DNA of 43,171 nt from the UHGV virus genome UHGV-1379488. One strand, given 5' to 3'. The stretch is from a virus. Under the pieces are notes generated by a model, which was given only the letters and a program-made list of their open reading frames with translations, did no database searches and had not been told where the DNA came from. This document shows positions 25,027-33,468 of this stretch, piece after piece; the stretch's first letter is position 1, and every line of letters starts with the position of its first letter. Both the position numbers and the translations under genes were made by a program.

Positions 25027-25297
25027 TGAGAAACGAACAGTTTTACGATAATCTTGCTCTGTATGCAACTGCATTGCAAATGATAAATTTGCTTTTGATT
25101 GTTGGTGATGTGTCAAATAATGATATTATGGAAGCATTGCAACAGGAGAATAAGGAATACATGGAAAAGATTATCGACCAAAACAACCGCATATTGCGTA
25201 TCTTGTCCGAAAAGGACATGTCTACTGAACAGTAGTATTACACACATGGAAGGGTAGGCATAAGCTTGCCCTTCTGTGCATATAAGGAGGATTTATT

Positions 25298-25696
25298 ATG
25301 GCAGATTTTGTAACTGCTGGGACACAGACTGTTGCAGTCAATGCAAGCGTTCTGTTTGCTGCAAACAGGATATATTCTTGCAATTGTCCAAATATAAGGC
25401 ATGAGGCACTCTCTGGTAGGGTAGTTTTGCTTCCTGGCCTGTACCGCGTAGGATTTAATGGAAACTTTTCCACAGCCGCAGCAGGTGACGTTATTTTTGA
25501 AGTACAGCAGGACGGCGAAGGCATTCCCGGTGCAAGAATCCAGAACACGGTTGCCGCCGGCGCAACAATCAATGGAGCGGCAACCGTAGAAGTAAGGGTG
25601 TGCAAACCATGTTGTGCTACCCTATCAGTAAAAAACGTTGGAGCCACAGCAGCGACAGTATCAGACGCTAACCTTGTTGTTAGCAGAATAGGTTAA
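25298..25696 (+). CDS. beta-rich Ala/Thr/Gly/Val protein resembling the BclA C-terminal (C1q/TNF-like) domain
   Basis: AAGGAGG RBS. The LPGLYRVGF...AAGATINGAATVEV pattern is similar to exosporium BclA C-terminal domains (from memory). Confidence 0.4.
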   Translation: MADFVTAGTQTVAVNASVLFAANRIYSCNCPNIRHEALSGRVVLLPGLYRVGFNGNFSTAAAGDVIFEVQQDGEGIPGARIQNTVAAGATINGAATVEVRVCKPCCATLSVKNVGATAATVSDANLVVSRIG

Positions 25697-25708
25697 GGGG
25701 GTAAGGCT

Positions 25709-26248
25709 ATGAGCTATAAGATGATGCAGAATATCCATGAAGAACTGGATAAGATTGCGGAAAAGGGCCTGAACACTAGCAACCTTGAAACCGCATACAA
25801 ACTGATAGACATGTGGAAAGACATGGAGAATGTGGAGTACTGGAAGTGCAAAAAAGAGTACTACAATCAGGTAATGGACGAAATGGATGGCGGAGAATAC
25901 AGCGAAGCGCGCCGCAAACGCGACAGCATGGGACGTTATAGCCGTGCTGATGGAATGTCACAGGACTATGATAATGACAGTTCTTATCGCGGCACACGTG
26001 GAAAGCATTACGTCAGAGGTCATTACAGTCGCGCCACTGGACCGGCCTATGACGACTACATGAATCAGAAGCAGAGCTACAGAAGCGGCGGGAAAGATGA
26101 AGATTGCAAGCGGCGTATGCTTGCAGCCCTGGAAGAGCATATGGACGAACTGACAGAAGAATTAGGCGAAATGTCAAAAGATGCTGATTGCCGCGAGGAA
26201 CGGGAAACCATGAAAAGATATATCGAAAAGTTGCGTAATATGATGTAA
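25709..26248 (+). CDS. highly charged Tyr/Arg/Asp/Met-rich hypothetical protein
   Basis: GGGGGTAAGG RBS. Confidence 0.5.
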   Translation: MSYKMMQNIHEELDKIAEKGLNTSNLETAYKLIDMWKDMENVEYWKCKKEYYNQVMDEMDGGEYSEARRKRDSMGRYSRADGMSQDYDNDSSYRGTRGKHYVRGHYSRATGPAYDDYMNQKQSYRSGGKDEDCKRRMLAALEEHMDELTEELGEMSKDADCREERETMKRYIEKLRNMM

Positions 26249-26253
26249 CAAAA

Positions 26254-26287
26254 AGCGGTGGGAATAATCTCACCGCTTTTTGAAAAT
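26254..26287. terminator. bidirectional rho-independent terminator (AAAAAGCGGTGGG-loop-TCACCGCTTTTTG)
   Basis: Perfect GC-rich stem flanked by an A-run and a T-run between convergent genes. Confidence 0.75.
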
Positions 26288-26317
26288 GTATTACCAAAAA
26301 AATTTGTTTTCTCTCCT

Positions 26318-26608
26318 TTAAATATGATTCCAATCTAACATAATATGGATTTCTTTTTCTTCATTATTGATTGCACATAGACAGGGTGATTCTTTCCCTT
26401 GAATCAGCTCGTTTGGTGTATAAGTCCAACCCCACGGAGCCGTCAACACAATGCCGGCCTCTGTCTCGTCACATCCCCATCCTTCTGGCACTGTGTATTC
26501 TATTGGTTCGCTTTCTACTGCTGTTGGATGAGGATTGCCCTCAGTAAATACCGGATGTTTCTCAGCAGCCAAACATCCATAATTTATGTATCCTTTAAAT
26601 GTTTTCAT
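26318..26608 (-). CDS. hypothetical protein
   Basis: AAGGAGGAG RBS 6 nt before ATG. Confidence 0.55.
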   Translation of the reverse strand: MKTFKGYINYGCLAAEKHPVFTEGNPHPTAVESEPIEYTVPEGWGCDETEAGIVLTAPWGWTYTPNELIQGKESPCLCAINNEEKEIHIMLDWNHI

Positions 26609-26620
26609 TTTTTCTCCTCC

Positions 26621-27037
26621 TTACAATATGGTTTCATGTACCTCGCGCCCTGCCCGCACATTTTCCAGGTAATTGGGGTCTATGCTCTTTGGACAGTACT
26701 CATAATCGCTGTCCTCAACTCCTATTTTTGCCATTTCGTCATGTATAATTTTAAAATAATCATCATGAGAAAAGTTGCGGGAATCAGAAAATACATTGTA
26801 ATTTTCCGGTAACAATTTCTCATAGGCCAAATCTGAAAACTTATTTAAAAGTTTTTTCATTAGACATGGATGAATAAGCTCCTCCAATTGTCTGATGATT
26901 AATTCTTCGGCCCAGGGAGCCGGGTTCCGTTTCCCGGCCTCCCAATCCTCTATGGTCCTTTTAGGTATACCAAGGTAATCAGATAAATCAGATTGTGACA
27001 TGTGCGCTTTCGTACGGTACTCTTTAATTCCGTTCAT
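26621..27037 (-). CDS. XRE-family HTH regulator with unknown C-terminal domain
   Basis: HTH_XRE segment MSQSDLSDYLGIPKRTIEDWEAGKRNP. AAGGAGGG RBS 5 nt before the ATG of MNGIKEY. Confidence 0.6.
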   Translation of the reverse strand: MNGIKEYRTKAHMSQSDLSDYLGIPKRTIEDWEAGKRNPAPWAEELIIRQLEELIHPCLMKKLLNKFSDLAYEKLLPENYNVFSDSRNFSHDDYFKIIHDEMAKIGVEDSDYEYCPKSIDPNYLENVRAGREVHETIL

Positions 27038-27047
27038 AAATCCCTCC

Positions 27048-27359
27048 TTATTTAACATGTTCTATTATGTATTTGGCATCTGTCATTTTCTCTAACTGGC
27101 TGATAAGGCTGTCAATTCCGGCTGTATAACTCTGTGCATCCATTTTGCCATTGGACATCATCATTCCAGCCATCTCGTCTGTTTTAAAAACCTTCTGGGA
27201 CAGAATATCTTTTGCATATGCCACCTGTTTCTCAGTTCCAGTCATTTCTTGGGTAAACATAAAAGCAATGATTTTATGGCAGTCGGCCCGGTCTACAAGG
27301 ATATTATATCCGTTCAGCTCGTTTCTCATTTCCTTTGTATTATCTGCTCGCTTCATCAT
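27048..27359 (-). CDS. hypothetical protein (first gene of the reverse operon)
   Basis: GGATGGGGGA RBS. Its own promoter lies upstream. Confidence 0.5.
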   Translation of the reverse strand: MMKRADNTKEMRNELNGYNILVDRADCHKIIAFMFTQEMTGTEKQVAYAKDILSQKVFKTDEMAGMMMSNGKMDAQSYTAGIDSLISQLEKMTDAKYIIEHVK

Positions 27360-27392
27360 TTTTTATTTCCCCCATCCTTTATCTTATGTATT

Positions 27393-27423
27393 TATTTTAC
27401 CACGCATTGCGTGGCGTGTCAAG
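27393..27423 (-). promoter_or_regulatory. sigma-A promoter (TTGACA-17-TAAAAT) with a perfect palindrome CCACGCATTGCGTGG (27400-27414) in the spacer
   Basis: Minus-strand hexamers correspond to plus-strand 27417-27422 and 27393-27398. Confidence 0.6.
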
Positions 27424-27434
27424 GGGCAATATTA

Positions 27435-27473
27435 AAATGTGGGGACGATTATTTTTTGCGAATAAGTTAAAAT
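27435..27473 (+). promoter_or_regulatory. candidate late promoter copy 2: AAATGTGGGGACG - 20 nt - TAAAAT
   Basis: Matches 17307-17346. Lies upstream of the KTR ORF, the tRNAs and the capsid operon. Confidence 0.45.
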
Positions 27474-27503
27474 GAGAGTAGGAATAAACAGAAAGGACTA
27501 AAG

Positions 27504-27674
27504 CATGGTAAAAAACGGTTGGGTATACTGCCCTATATGTAACAATAAGACCAGGACAAAAATAAGAAAAGATACAGAAGCCAAGAATTTACCTGTGTTT
27601 TGCCCAAAGTGCAGGAATACAACTGTTATGGATATATATGGAAGTAAAATAAAAAGAATGCAAAGCATTAAATA
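27504..27674 (+). CDS. 56-aa cysteine-rich KTR-type zinc ribbon protein
   Basis: YCPICNNKTRTKIRKD...FCPKCRN. Below the ORF-track size cutoff. Confidence 0.5.
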
Positions 27675-27871
27675 GAGCCAGTCGCCAGTCGCAGAGCCAT
27701 ACAGATTACAGCAATGTAGTTTGCATGGCTTTTTACTATATTTGAACCTCCCTCCTATAGCACATGTCCTTAACAGAAACAGGTCCTAGCTCATAGAGTA
27801 AACAGCCTGGAGGTTGAAAAGCGGACGCAATTTCCGGCATGTGCATCAAATTGAAAATATAAAATTGAAAA

Positions 27872-27944
27872 CGGGAAATAGCTCTGATAGCAGAGCAGCG
27901 GCCTTATAAGCCGTGTGTCAGGGGTTCAATTCCTCTTTTCCCGA
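27872..27944 (+). tRNA. tRNA-like gene, anticodon UAU (putative tRNA-Ile reading AUA), atypical D-loop lacking GG
   Basis: Perfect 7-bp acceptor (CGGGAAA/TTTCCCG), D-stem GCTC/GAGC, anticodon stem GCGGC/GCCGT with loop CTTATAA, T-arm AGGGG-TTCAATT-CCTCT. The D-loop TGATAGCA has no G18G19. Confidence 0.5.
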
Positions 27945-28096
27945 TGTGGCCGGGTCGCTCCCGGATGATGTGAGAGTACGCAGAACACCTCACAGAGAAT
28001 GACAATTCCTGCTGAAAACTGCCGGAGTACAGTAAAAGTTTGAATGGGCCATAGCTGAATGATGATGGTGTGATAATCTAAGCGGGAACTGCTTAA

Positions 28097-28185
28097 TGAG
28101 GCTTCGCCAAGCGGTTAAGGCACCGGGCTTTGACCCCGGCAGAGAAGGAACACTCTTTACGCTGGTTCGAATCCAGCAGCCTCAG
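28097..28185 (+). tRNA. tRNA-Gln(UUG)-like gene with a long (21-nt) variable arm
   Basis: Acceptor TGAGGCT/AGCCTCA with U1-A72 and G73. D-arm TCGCCAAGCGGTTAAGGCACCGG is nearly identical to bacterial tRNA-Gln. Anticodon loop CTTTGAC. T-arm GCTGG-TTCGAAT-CCAGC. Hairpin AGAG-AAGGAACA-CTCT inserted in the variable region. Confidence 0.6.
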
Positions 28186-28277
28186 TTTCGGACACGCCAA
28201 GTCCTACAAAATGGCAAACCGTTGGTGGACGGTTACACACCTACAAATAACCTAATAACGGAAAAGGAGAATCATCA

Positions 28278-28898
28278 ATGAAAACCGAAGAATTAAAGTC
28301 ACAGGGATTGACAGAGGAACAGATATCTTTTGTCATGGCTGAAAATGGGAAAGACCTTAAAAAGTTGCAGAAAGAAAATGACAATCTGACATCTGAACGG
28401 GATACCTGGAAAGAAAAAGCAGAGGCAGCAGAAACAACGTTGAAAGGATTTGAAGGGGTTGACCTGGAGACAATGCAGAAGGAACTGTCTGACTGGAAAC
28501 AGAAAGCTACAGAAGCCGAAAAAAACGCCCAGGCACAGCTTTATGAACGTGATTTCGCAGATGCGCTTAAGACAGAATTTGAAGGTATTAAATTTTCCAG
28601 CGACGCAGCTAAACGTGCAATTATGGCAGAAGTAAAAAAGGCCGATTTAAAGCTAAAAGATGGTAAAATCCTGGGGCTGAATGACCTTTTATCTCAAATG
28701 AAAGAAAAAGATGCTTCGGCATTTGTTGATGATGCGCAGCAGCAGGCACAGCAGAACATGGCGAGGTTCACGGCCCCGGCCGGCAAAAGCGGAAGCGCAG
28801 GAACATTAACAAAAGCGGATTGGAAGGGAATGAGCCTTGACGAGAGGATTGCGCTCAAGAACAGCAACCCGGAACTCTATAACAGTATGAAAGGATAA
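28278..28898 (+). CDS. scaffolding protein
   Basis: AAGGAG RBS. Coiled-coil, Glu/Lys/Gln-rich. Immediately upstream of the capsid gene. Confidence 0.65.
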   Translation: MKTEELKSQGLTEEQISFVMAENGKDLKKLQKENDNLTSERDTWKEKAEAAETTLKGFEGVDLETMQKELSDWKQKATEAEKNAQAQLYERDFADALKTEFEGIKFSSDAAKRAIMAEVKKADLKLKDGKILGLNDLLSQMKEKDASAFVDDAQQQAQQNMARFTAPAGKSGSAGTLTKADWKGMSLDERIALKNSNPELYNSMKG

Positions 28899-28904
28899 TG
28901 AATC

Positions 28905-29924
28905 ATGCCAAGAACAGGTACATTTGGAGGGTTTGCATTTGACCCGGAAGTATTTGCTGATTATATGTCGGAGCAGCCTACATGGAGCAATGCAATCATT
29001 GCATCCGGCATACTCCAGCAGGACAGCACCATCATGAACCTCATCGGTTCTGAGGGTAATGTTGCCACACTGCCATTCTATAAGGCGATGGACATTGCAG
29101 ACTATGAGCCGTACAACAATGATGGTAACACGAACAACACGCCGAAGGAGATTAGCGGCGGAAAGCAGACCGCCATGCTGATTCAGAGGATGATGGCATG
29201 GAAGGCACAGGACTTCACGAAGGAGCTTACCGGAGCGGACCCGATGCAGCATATCGCAAACAGCGTGTCCGACTATTATCGGCAGGTATGGGAGGCCGAA
29301 CTCATGAACATCGTGAATGCGGTCATGGGGCTGGATTCGATGAAAGACCATGTATACAACATCGCCCTTTCGGAGGGGAGCAGCGTACAGGATGCCAACA
29401 GGATTGACGAAACGACCATGATTTATGCGCAGCAGAAGGCCCTTGGGGACATGGCGAACGGTTTCGGAATCGCAATCATGAACTCACTCATATTTGCGAG
29501 ATACCAGGCAATGGGGCTTGTGAACTATAACAAGTATACCATCCAGAATGCCATGACATCGGAGGTCAACCTCCCGACAATCAACGGCCTCATCCCGGTA
29601 GTGTCTGACCGGTTCACGGTAGATACATCTGGCGATGTCCCGAAGTACATCACCACAATCGTGGGTCAGGGTTCCATCTTGACGGCAGAGAAGACCAATT
29701 ACAATGAGCCGTACTACACAGACTATGATGCGGAGACCAAGGCAGGTATCGAGAAACTGTATACTAAGGAAGGCCGTGTACTGCATCCGAACGGCTTCAA
29801 TCTCAAGGTTGCAAGCATTGCCGGAGAATCCCCGACCAAGACGGAACTTGGAGACAAGGCTAACTGGGAGCTTGCATACAAGGCAAAGAACATCCGTATC
29901 GGTCAGATTATTTCCAACGGATAA
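28905..29924 (+). CDS. major capsid protein
   Basis: 339 aa, follows the scaffold. Composition and position typical. Confidence 0.65.
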   Translation: MPRTGTFGGFAFDPEVFADYMSEQPTWSNAIIASGILQQDSTIMNLIGSEGNVATLPFYKAMDIADYEPYNNDGNTNNTPKEISGGKQTAMLIQRMMAWKAQDFTKELTGADPMQHIANSVSDYYRQVWEAELMNIVNAVMGLDSMKDHVYNIALSEGSSVQDANRIDETTMIYAQQKALGDMANGFGIAIMNSLIFARYQAMGLVNYNKYTIQNAMTSEVNLPTINGLIPVVSDRFTVDTSGDVPKYITTIVGQGSILTAEKTNYNEPYYTDYDAETKAGIEKLYTKEGRVLHPNGFNLKVASIAGESPTKTELGDKANWELAYKAKNIRIGQIISNG

Positions 29925-29934
29925 GGTGGACAGT

Positions 29935-30138
29935 ATGAGGTTTACAATCATTGACGGGCTGCCTTACATGGTATCAAACGGGAGGCTGTACCCGGTCGAC
30001 ATCAAGGATGGTAAGGTGACATACAGCAAGGAACAGTCATCCATGACGGATTCCATGGGGGAATATACCCTCGCGGAAGTCATGGCAAAATGTACTAAAC
30101 TGTGTAGCATTAAAAGAAAAAGGCAAACGGCAGAGTGA
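29935..30138 (+). CDS. hypothetical head-associated protein
   Basis: AAGGTGGA RBS. The track ORF starts at 29704 and overlaps the capsid gene. Confidence 0.45.
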   Translation: MRFTIIDGLPYMVSNGRLYPVDIKDGKVTYSKEQSSMTDSMGEYTLAEVMAKCTKLCSIKRKRQTAE

Positions 30139-30151
30139 GTGAGGAATCAAT

Positions 30152-30649
30152 ATGGCATATGCAGACTATGAGTTTTACACAACAAAATACTACGGCAGTG
30201 CCATACCGGATTCCCAATCATTTGATAAAGAAGCAGAACGGGCAAGCGACTTTCTTGATATCATAACATTTGAACGATTGGTTAATGGCCTCCCAGACAA
30301 TGAACGAGCGCAGACCAAAATCAAGAAAGCCGTATGTGCCTTAGCTGATAAGCTGTATGGTTTGGAACTGGCAGAAAAACAGGCGCTATCTGCCGCCGCT
30401 GGAAGCATAACCAGCGGGACCGGCGGCGCAACCACCGGCGTTATCACGTCAAAGTCATCCGGTTCCGAATCCATCAGCTATGCATCCCCGTCTGAAATAG
30501 CTAATGGCGCTAAAGCCTGGAGTGCTCTATACTCTGCGGCAGGGGATGAGCAAGTAACCAATAAACTCCTGTATGATACAGCAAATGGGTATCTGATGGG
30601 AGTAAGAGATAATAGTGGCGTTCCATTGCTGTACGCCGGAATGGGGTAA
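30152..30649 (+). CDS. head-tail connector (gp6/gp15-like DNA packaging protein)
   Basis: N-terminus MAYADYEFYTTKYYGSAIPDSQSFDKEAERASDFLDIITFERL is typical of Phage_connect_1 proteins. Confidence 0.55.
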   Translation: MAYADYEFYTTKYYGSAIPDSQSFDKEAERASDFLDIITFERLVNGLPDNERAQTKIKKAVCALADKLYGLELAEKQALSAAAGSITSGTGGATTGVITSKSSGSESISYASPSEIANGAKAWSALYSAAGDEQVTNKLLYDTANGYLMGVRDNSGVPLLYAGMG

Positions 30650-30651
30650 AT

Positions 30652-30915
30652 ATGGACATTACGACATTAGGAACATGTGTGGCTATTGTGGCTCTGAGCT
30701 ATGTGGTTGGCCTTGGATGCAAGGCGGCAAAGAAGATACCGGACGAATGGATTCCGGTTATTATGGCTATTGTGGGTGGCATACTGGGTGCACTTGGCAT
30801 GGGGACCATCCCAGATTTCCCAGCATCGGACTATATCACGGCTGTAGCGGTTGGTGCTGTATCTGGCCTGGCAGCTACAGGGGTTAACCAGATGTATAAG
30901 CAGATGAATAAATAA
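30652..30915 (+). CDS. holin-like small membrane protein (3 predicted TM, charged C-terminus)
   Basis: TM segments LGTCVAIVALSYVVGLG, WIPVIMAIVGGILGALGMG and ITAVAVGAVSGLAATGV, then NQMYKQMNK tail. Confidence 0.4.
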   Translation: MDITTLGTCVAIVALSYVVGLGCKAAKKIPDEWIPVIMAIVGGILGALGMGTIPDFPASDYITAVAVGAVSGLAATGVNQMYKQMNK

Positions 30916-30930
30916 TGGAGGGGATACCTT

Positions 30931-31398
30931 ATGTACAATGCCACGGTGACTGTTTTTAACTATTATGAATCATCCACAACTGGCGTTGGACTTTGGTATC
31001 CCCATGTATTATCTGGCGTTGACCTTAATACCGACAAGGGCGCGATACTAAAAAAATATGGGTCAGACAGCACGGACAACGCCGAATTACACATAGTTTA
31101 CGAATTACAGGATGGCAAACAGATAATCCGCGATGCAGACGGTAAAGAATTGCCGTGGCTCCCTCCGAAGGAATGGAGGCGGCAGGTAAATGATTTGTTG
31201 GACGATACCATTACCTTTGATGCATCGGATGATTGTTTTTTCTGGGAAGGGGTATGGGATAATGGACCGGTAAACGATGAAAATTATCGTGGCGGGTTTT
31301 ATGCCTATATGAACAACCGGTACGACTTCGTATATTTGGTATCCTCTGTTGGCGGTCCATACTCTGTGATTCCTCACTTTGAAATATTGGGGAAATAA
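30931..31398 (+). CDS. head-tail joining / neck protein (hypothetical)
   Basis: GGAGGGGA RBS. Position in the head-tail cluster. Confidence 0.4.
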   Translation: MYNATVTVFNYYESSTTGVGLWYPHVLSGVDLNTDKGAILKKYGSDSTDNAELHIVYELQDGKQIIRDADGKELPWLPPKEWRRQVNDLLDDTITFDASDDCFFWEGVWDNGPVNDENYRGGFYAYMNNRYDFVYLVSSVGGPYSVIPHFEILGK

Positions 31399-31399
31399 T

Positions 31400-31891
31400 A
31401 TGGCAAGTAAAACAACACATTTTAAAGGATTCTCCGTTGTTGACGGTGATATCAAAATCAAGCTTAATTTGACCCGGTTTGATAAGCAATTCCAGCGCGC
31501 GCAGTATCAGCTTGATGGCAATGTCATGAATAGTATGGTTCCTTTTATGCCTATGGTTACAGGCGATTTTGTGGATGTTACCAGAGCAGCGAGCGCCGCA
31601 GTACAAGGGAGCGGAAAAGTATATGCCGCCTATGGCCCTGCTGGTCGTTTTTTATACCAGGGTAAAACTATGGTTAGCACTGTTACTGGTAGTACCTGGG
31701 CTACAAAGGGTACTAAAAAGGTACTGGTCAGCCAGTATAGCGGAAAAACCAAAGCAAAAGAGGATTTACAATATACCAAAACAGCGCACCCAAAAGCACA
31801 AGCAAAATGGTTTAATGCAGCAAAAAAAGCAGACGGTAAAACTTGGATAAAGCAAGCCAAGAAAACCGCTGGAGGTGGAAAACGTGGATGA
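31400..31891 (+). CDS. structural protein (head-tail), Lys/Ala-rich C-terminus
   Basis: ORF in the structural cluster. Confidence 0.4.
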   Translation: MASKTTHFKGFSVVDGDIKIKLNLTRFDKQFQRAQYQLDGNVMNSMVPFMPMVTGDFVDVTRAASAAVQGSGKVYAAYGPAGRFLYQGKTMVSTVTGSTWATKGTKKVLVSQYSGKTKAKEDLQYTKTAHPKAQAKWFNAAKKADGKTWIKQAKKTAGGGKRG

Positions 31892-32390
31892 TGAACGAAA
31901 ACCAATTGGAAAAGACGCAAGCGGATATGATGTGCTGACAATCGCTGTAAAGGCCTTGCTTAATCAATTCCCCGGTTTGTATGAAAATGAAACCGTTAAG
32001 TTTGAAGAATTGGGTGAGGATAGTGGGATTGCATTTTCGGCAGATAATGGAGCCTTAATCTTTTCTGAGACTGAGGATGTACTAGGTGGAGTGCGCCAGA
32101 CCTGCCAGTATCCCTTCTATATTATATACCGTACATCATCCACAAAAGAGCGTCAGAAAATGAGCATACAGGAATTTCTTGATACGTTCGGAAAGTGGCT
32201 GTGTCGTGAGCCGGTTGTGATTGATGGGAGTGAGGAACGATTATCAAATTATCCCACATTATCCCAAGGAAGAAAGATAACCAAAGTTACCCGTGACAAC
32301 TCTTATGGCCTGGAACCGCAGGAAAGTGGTGTGCAGGATTGGATACTTCCAGTATCGATAGAATATAAATATGATTTTGAAAGATGGTAG
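31875..32390 (+). CDS. tail completion / neck protein (hypothetical)
   Basis: ORF in the structural cluster. Start ambiguous (GTG). Confidence 0.4.
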   Translation: MENVDDERKPIGKDASGYDVLTIAVKALLNQFPGLYENETVKFEELGEDSGIAFSADNGALIFSETEDVLGGVRQTCQYPFYIIYRTSSTKERQKMSIQEFLDTFGKWLCREPVVIDGSEERLSNYPTLSQGRKITKVTRDNSYGLEPQESGVQDWILPVSIEYKYDFERW

Positions 32391-32456
32391 AGCCAGACGC
32401 TAAGACGCAGAGCCTTGTATGGTGGCGCTATATTTTTATTTGAAAGGAGAAAGACA

Positions 32457-32984
32457 GTGGCAACGTGGACTTATGCCGATGGAGAGGCAAAAAGAAAAGA
32501 CTTTATGGTATTTTGGATAACTGATGGAAGCACCACAAAGATCACAAAAGATAAACTTGAAATTATTGGAAAAGGCGTTGAAGATATGCCGATTTCGATG
32601 AATCCAGAGACGGAAGAAAGCCAGGATGTGCTTGGAAATAATAACTATGACATCACCGGCTATGCAGAAAGCATGACAGTGGACCCAACCAATGTATCTG
32701 GAGAAAGTAAATACGCTCAGAAGATAGATACGCTCATGGAAGAAAGGGCAACTCTGTCAGATTTGAGATTGAAATATCTCTGTGTAAAGCGATACAAAAC
32801 CGATAGTACCGGAAATATGCGTGCATGGGTGCAGGAGGGTGTTGTTGAGTTGGGAGACTTTGCAGGAGGCCTGAAAGGTGTTTCTGCAACGCATACGGTG
32901 CACTATGTAGGTGATAGGACTCTTGGCGCTGTAAACCCTACAACGATGACTTTTACGGCTGATGGAGCTTCTTTGTCAGAGTAA
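32457..32984 (+). CDS. major tail protein
   Basis: GTG 7 nt after AAAGGAG. About 175 aa, immediately upstream of the tail assembly chaperones and tape measure. Confidence 0.6.
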   Translation: MATWTYADGEAKRKDFMVFWITDGSTTKITKDKLEIIGKGVEDMPISMNPETEESQDVLGNNNYDITGYAESMTVDPTNVSGESKYAQKIDTLMEERATLSDLRLKYLCVKRYKTDSTGNMRAWVQEGVVELGDFAGGLKGVSATHTVHYVGDRTLGAVNPTTMTFTADGASLSE

Positions 32985-32997
32985 AGGAGGATAAATT

Positions 32998-33468
32998 ATG
33001 CCTAATATTCCAATAAATATTGAAAGCCCAGTTAAATACTACGATTTTACGGACCAGCATGGAGATGTGCTGGCAACTTTCAAATTTGTTCCAACCGACC
33101 TTGACATATTCGAGCGGCAGCAGAATGTGTATAAAGCATTCGAGGATATGTGGATGGAATTAAAAACAACTCTTGATAACAAGAAGAAGGAAGAAATGTC
33201 GTTAGAGATAATTAATAAATATGCAAAGTCGCTTCAGGAAAAATTTGATTATCTATTTAACGCAGACACTTCTGGCTTCTTCAAAATCGCCAGTCCATTT
33301 ACCCCTATGGAAAATGGCGACCCTTGGGCGCTGGTGATACTTGAGAGCGTTAAAAAAATTATAGAGCAGGAAACGGGTAAAAATTTCACGGAAATGGAAA
33401 GTAAAGCCGGGAAATATACACAACAGTATAATGCTGGTCCTGGAAAATATCCATTTCCTGTTAAATGA
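32998..33468 (+). CDS. tail assembly chaperone
   Basis: AAGGAGG RBS. Acidic protein between major tail and tape measure. Confidence 0.55.
   Translation: MPNIPINIESPVKYYDFTDQHGDVLATFKFVPTDLDIFERQQNVYKAFEDMWMELKTTLDNKKKEEMSLEIINKYAKSLQEKFDYLFNADTSGFFKIASPFTPMENGDPWALVILESVKKIIEQETGKNFTEMESKAGKYTQQYNAGPGKYPFPVK

Noticed and set aside
30615-30887. 90-aa plus-strand ORF in an alternate frame (Cys/Trp/Gly-rich)
   Set aside because: Same strand but different frame from the holin-like ORF 30652-30915. Composition typical of an off-frame read of a hydrophobic gene.
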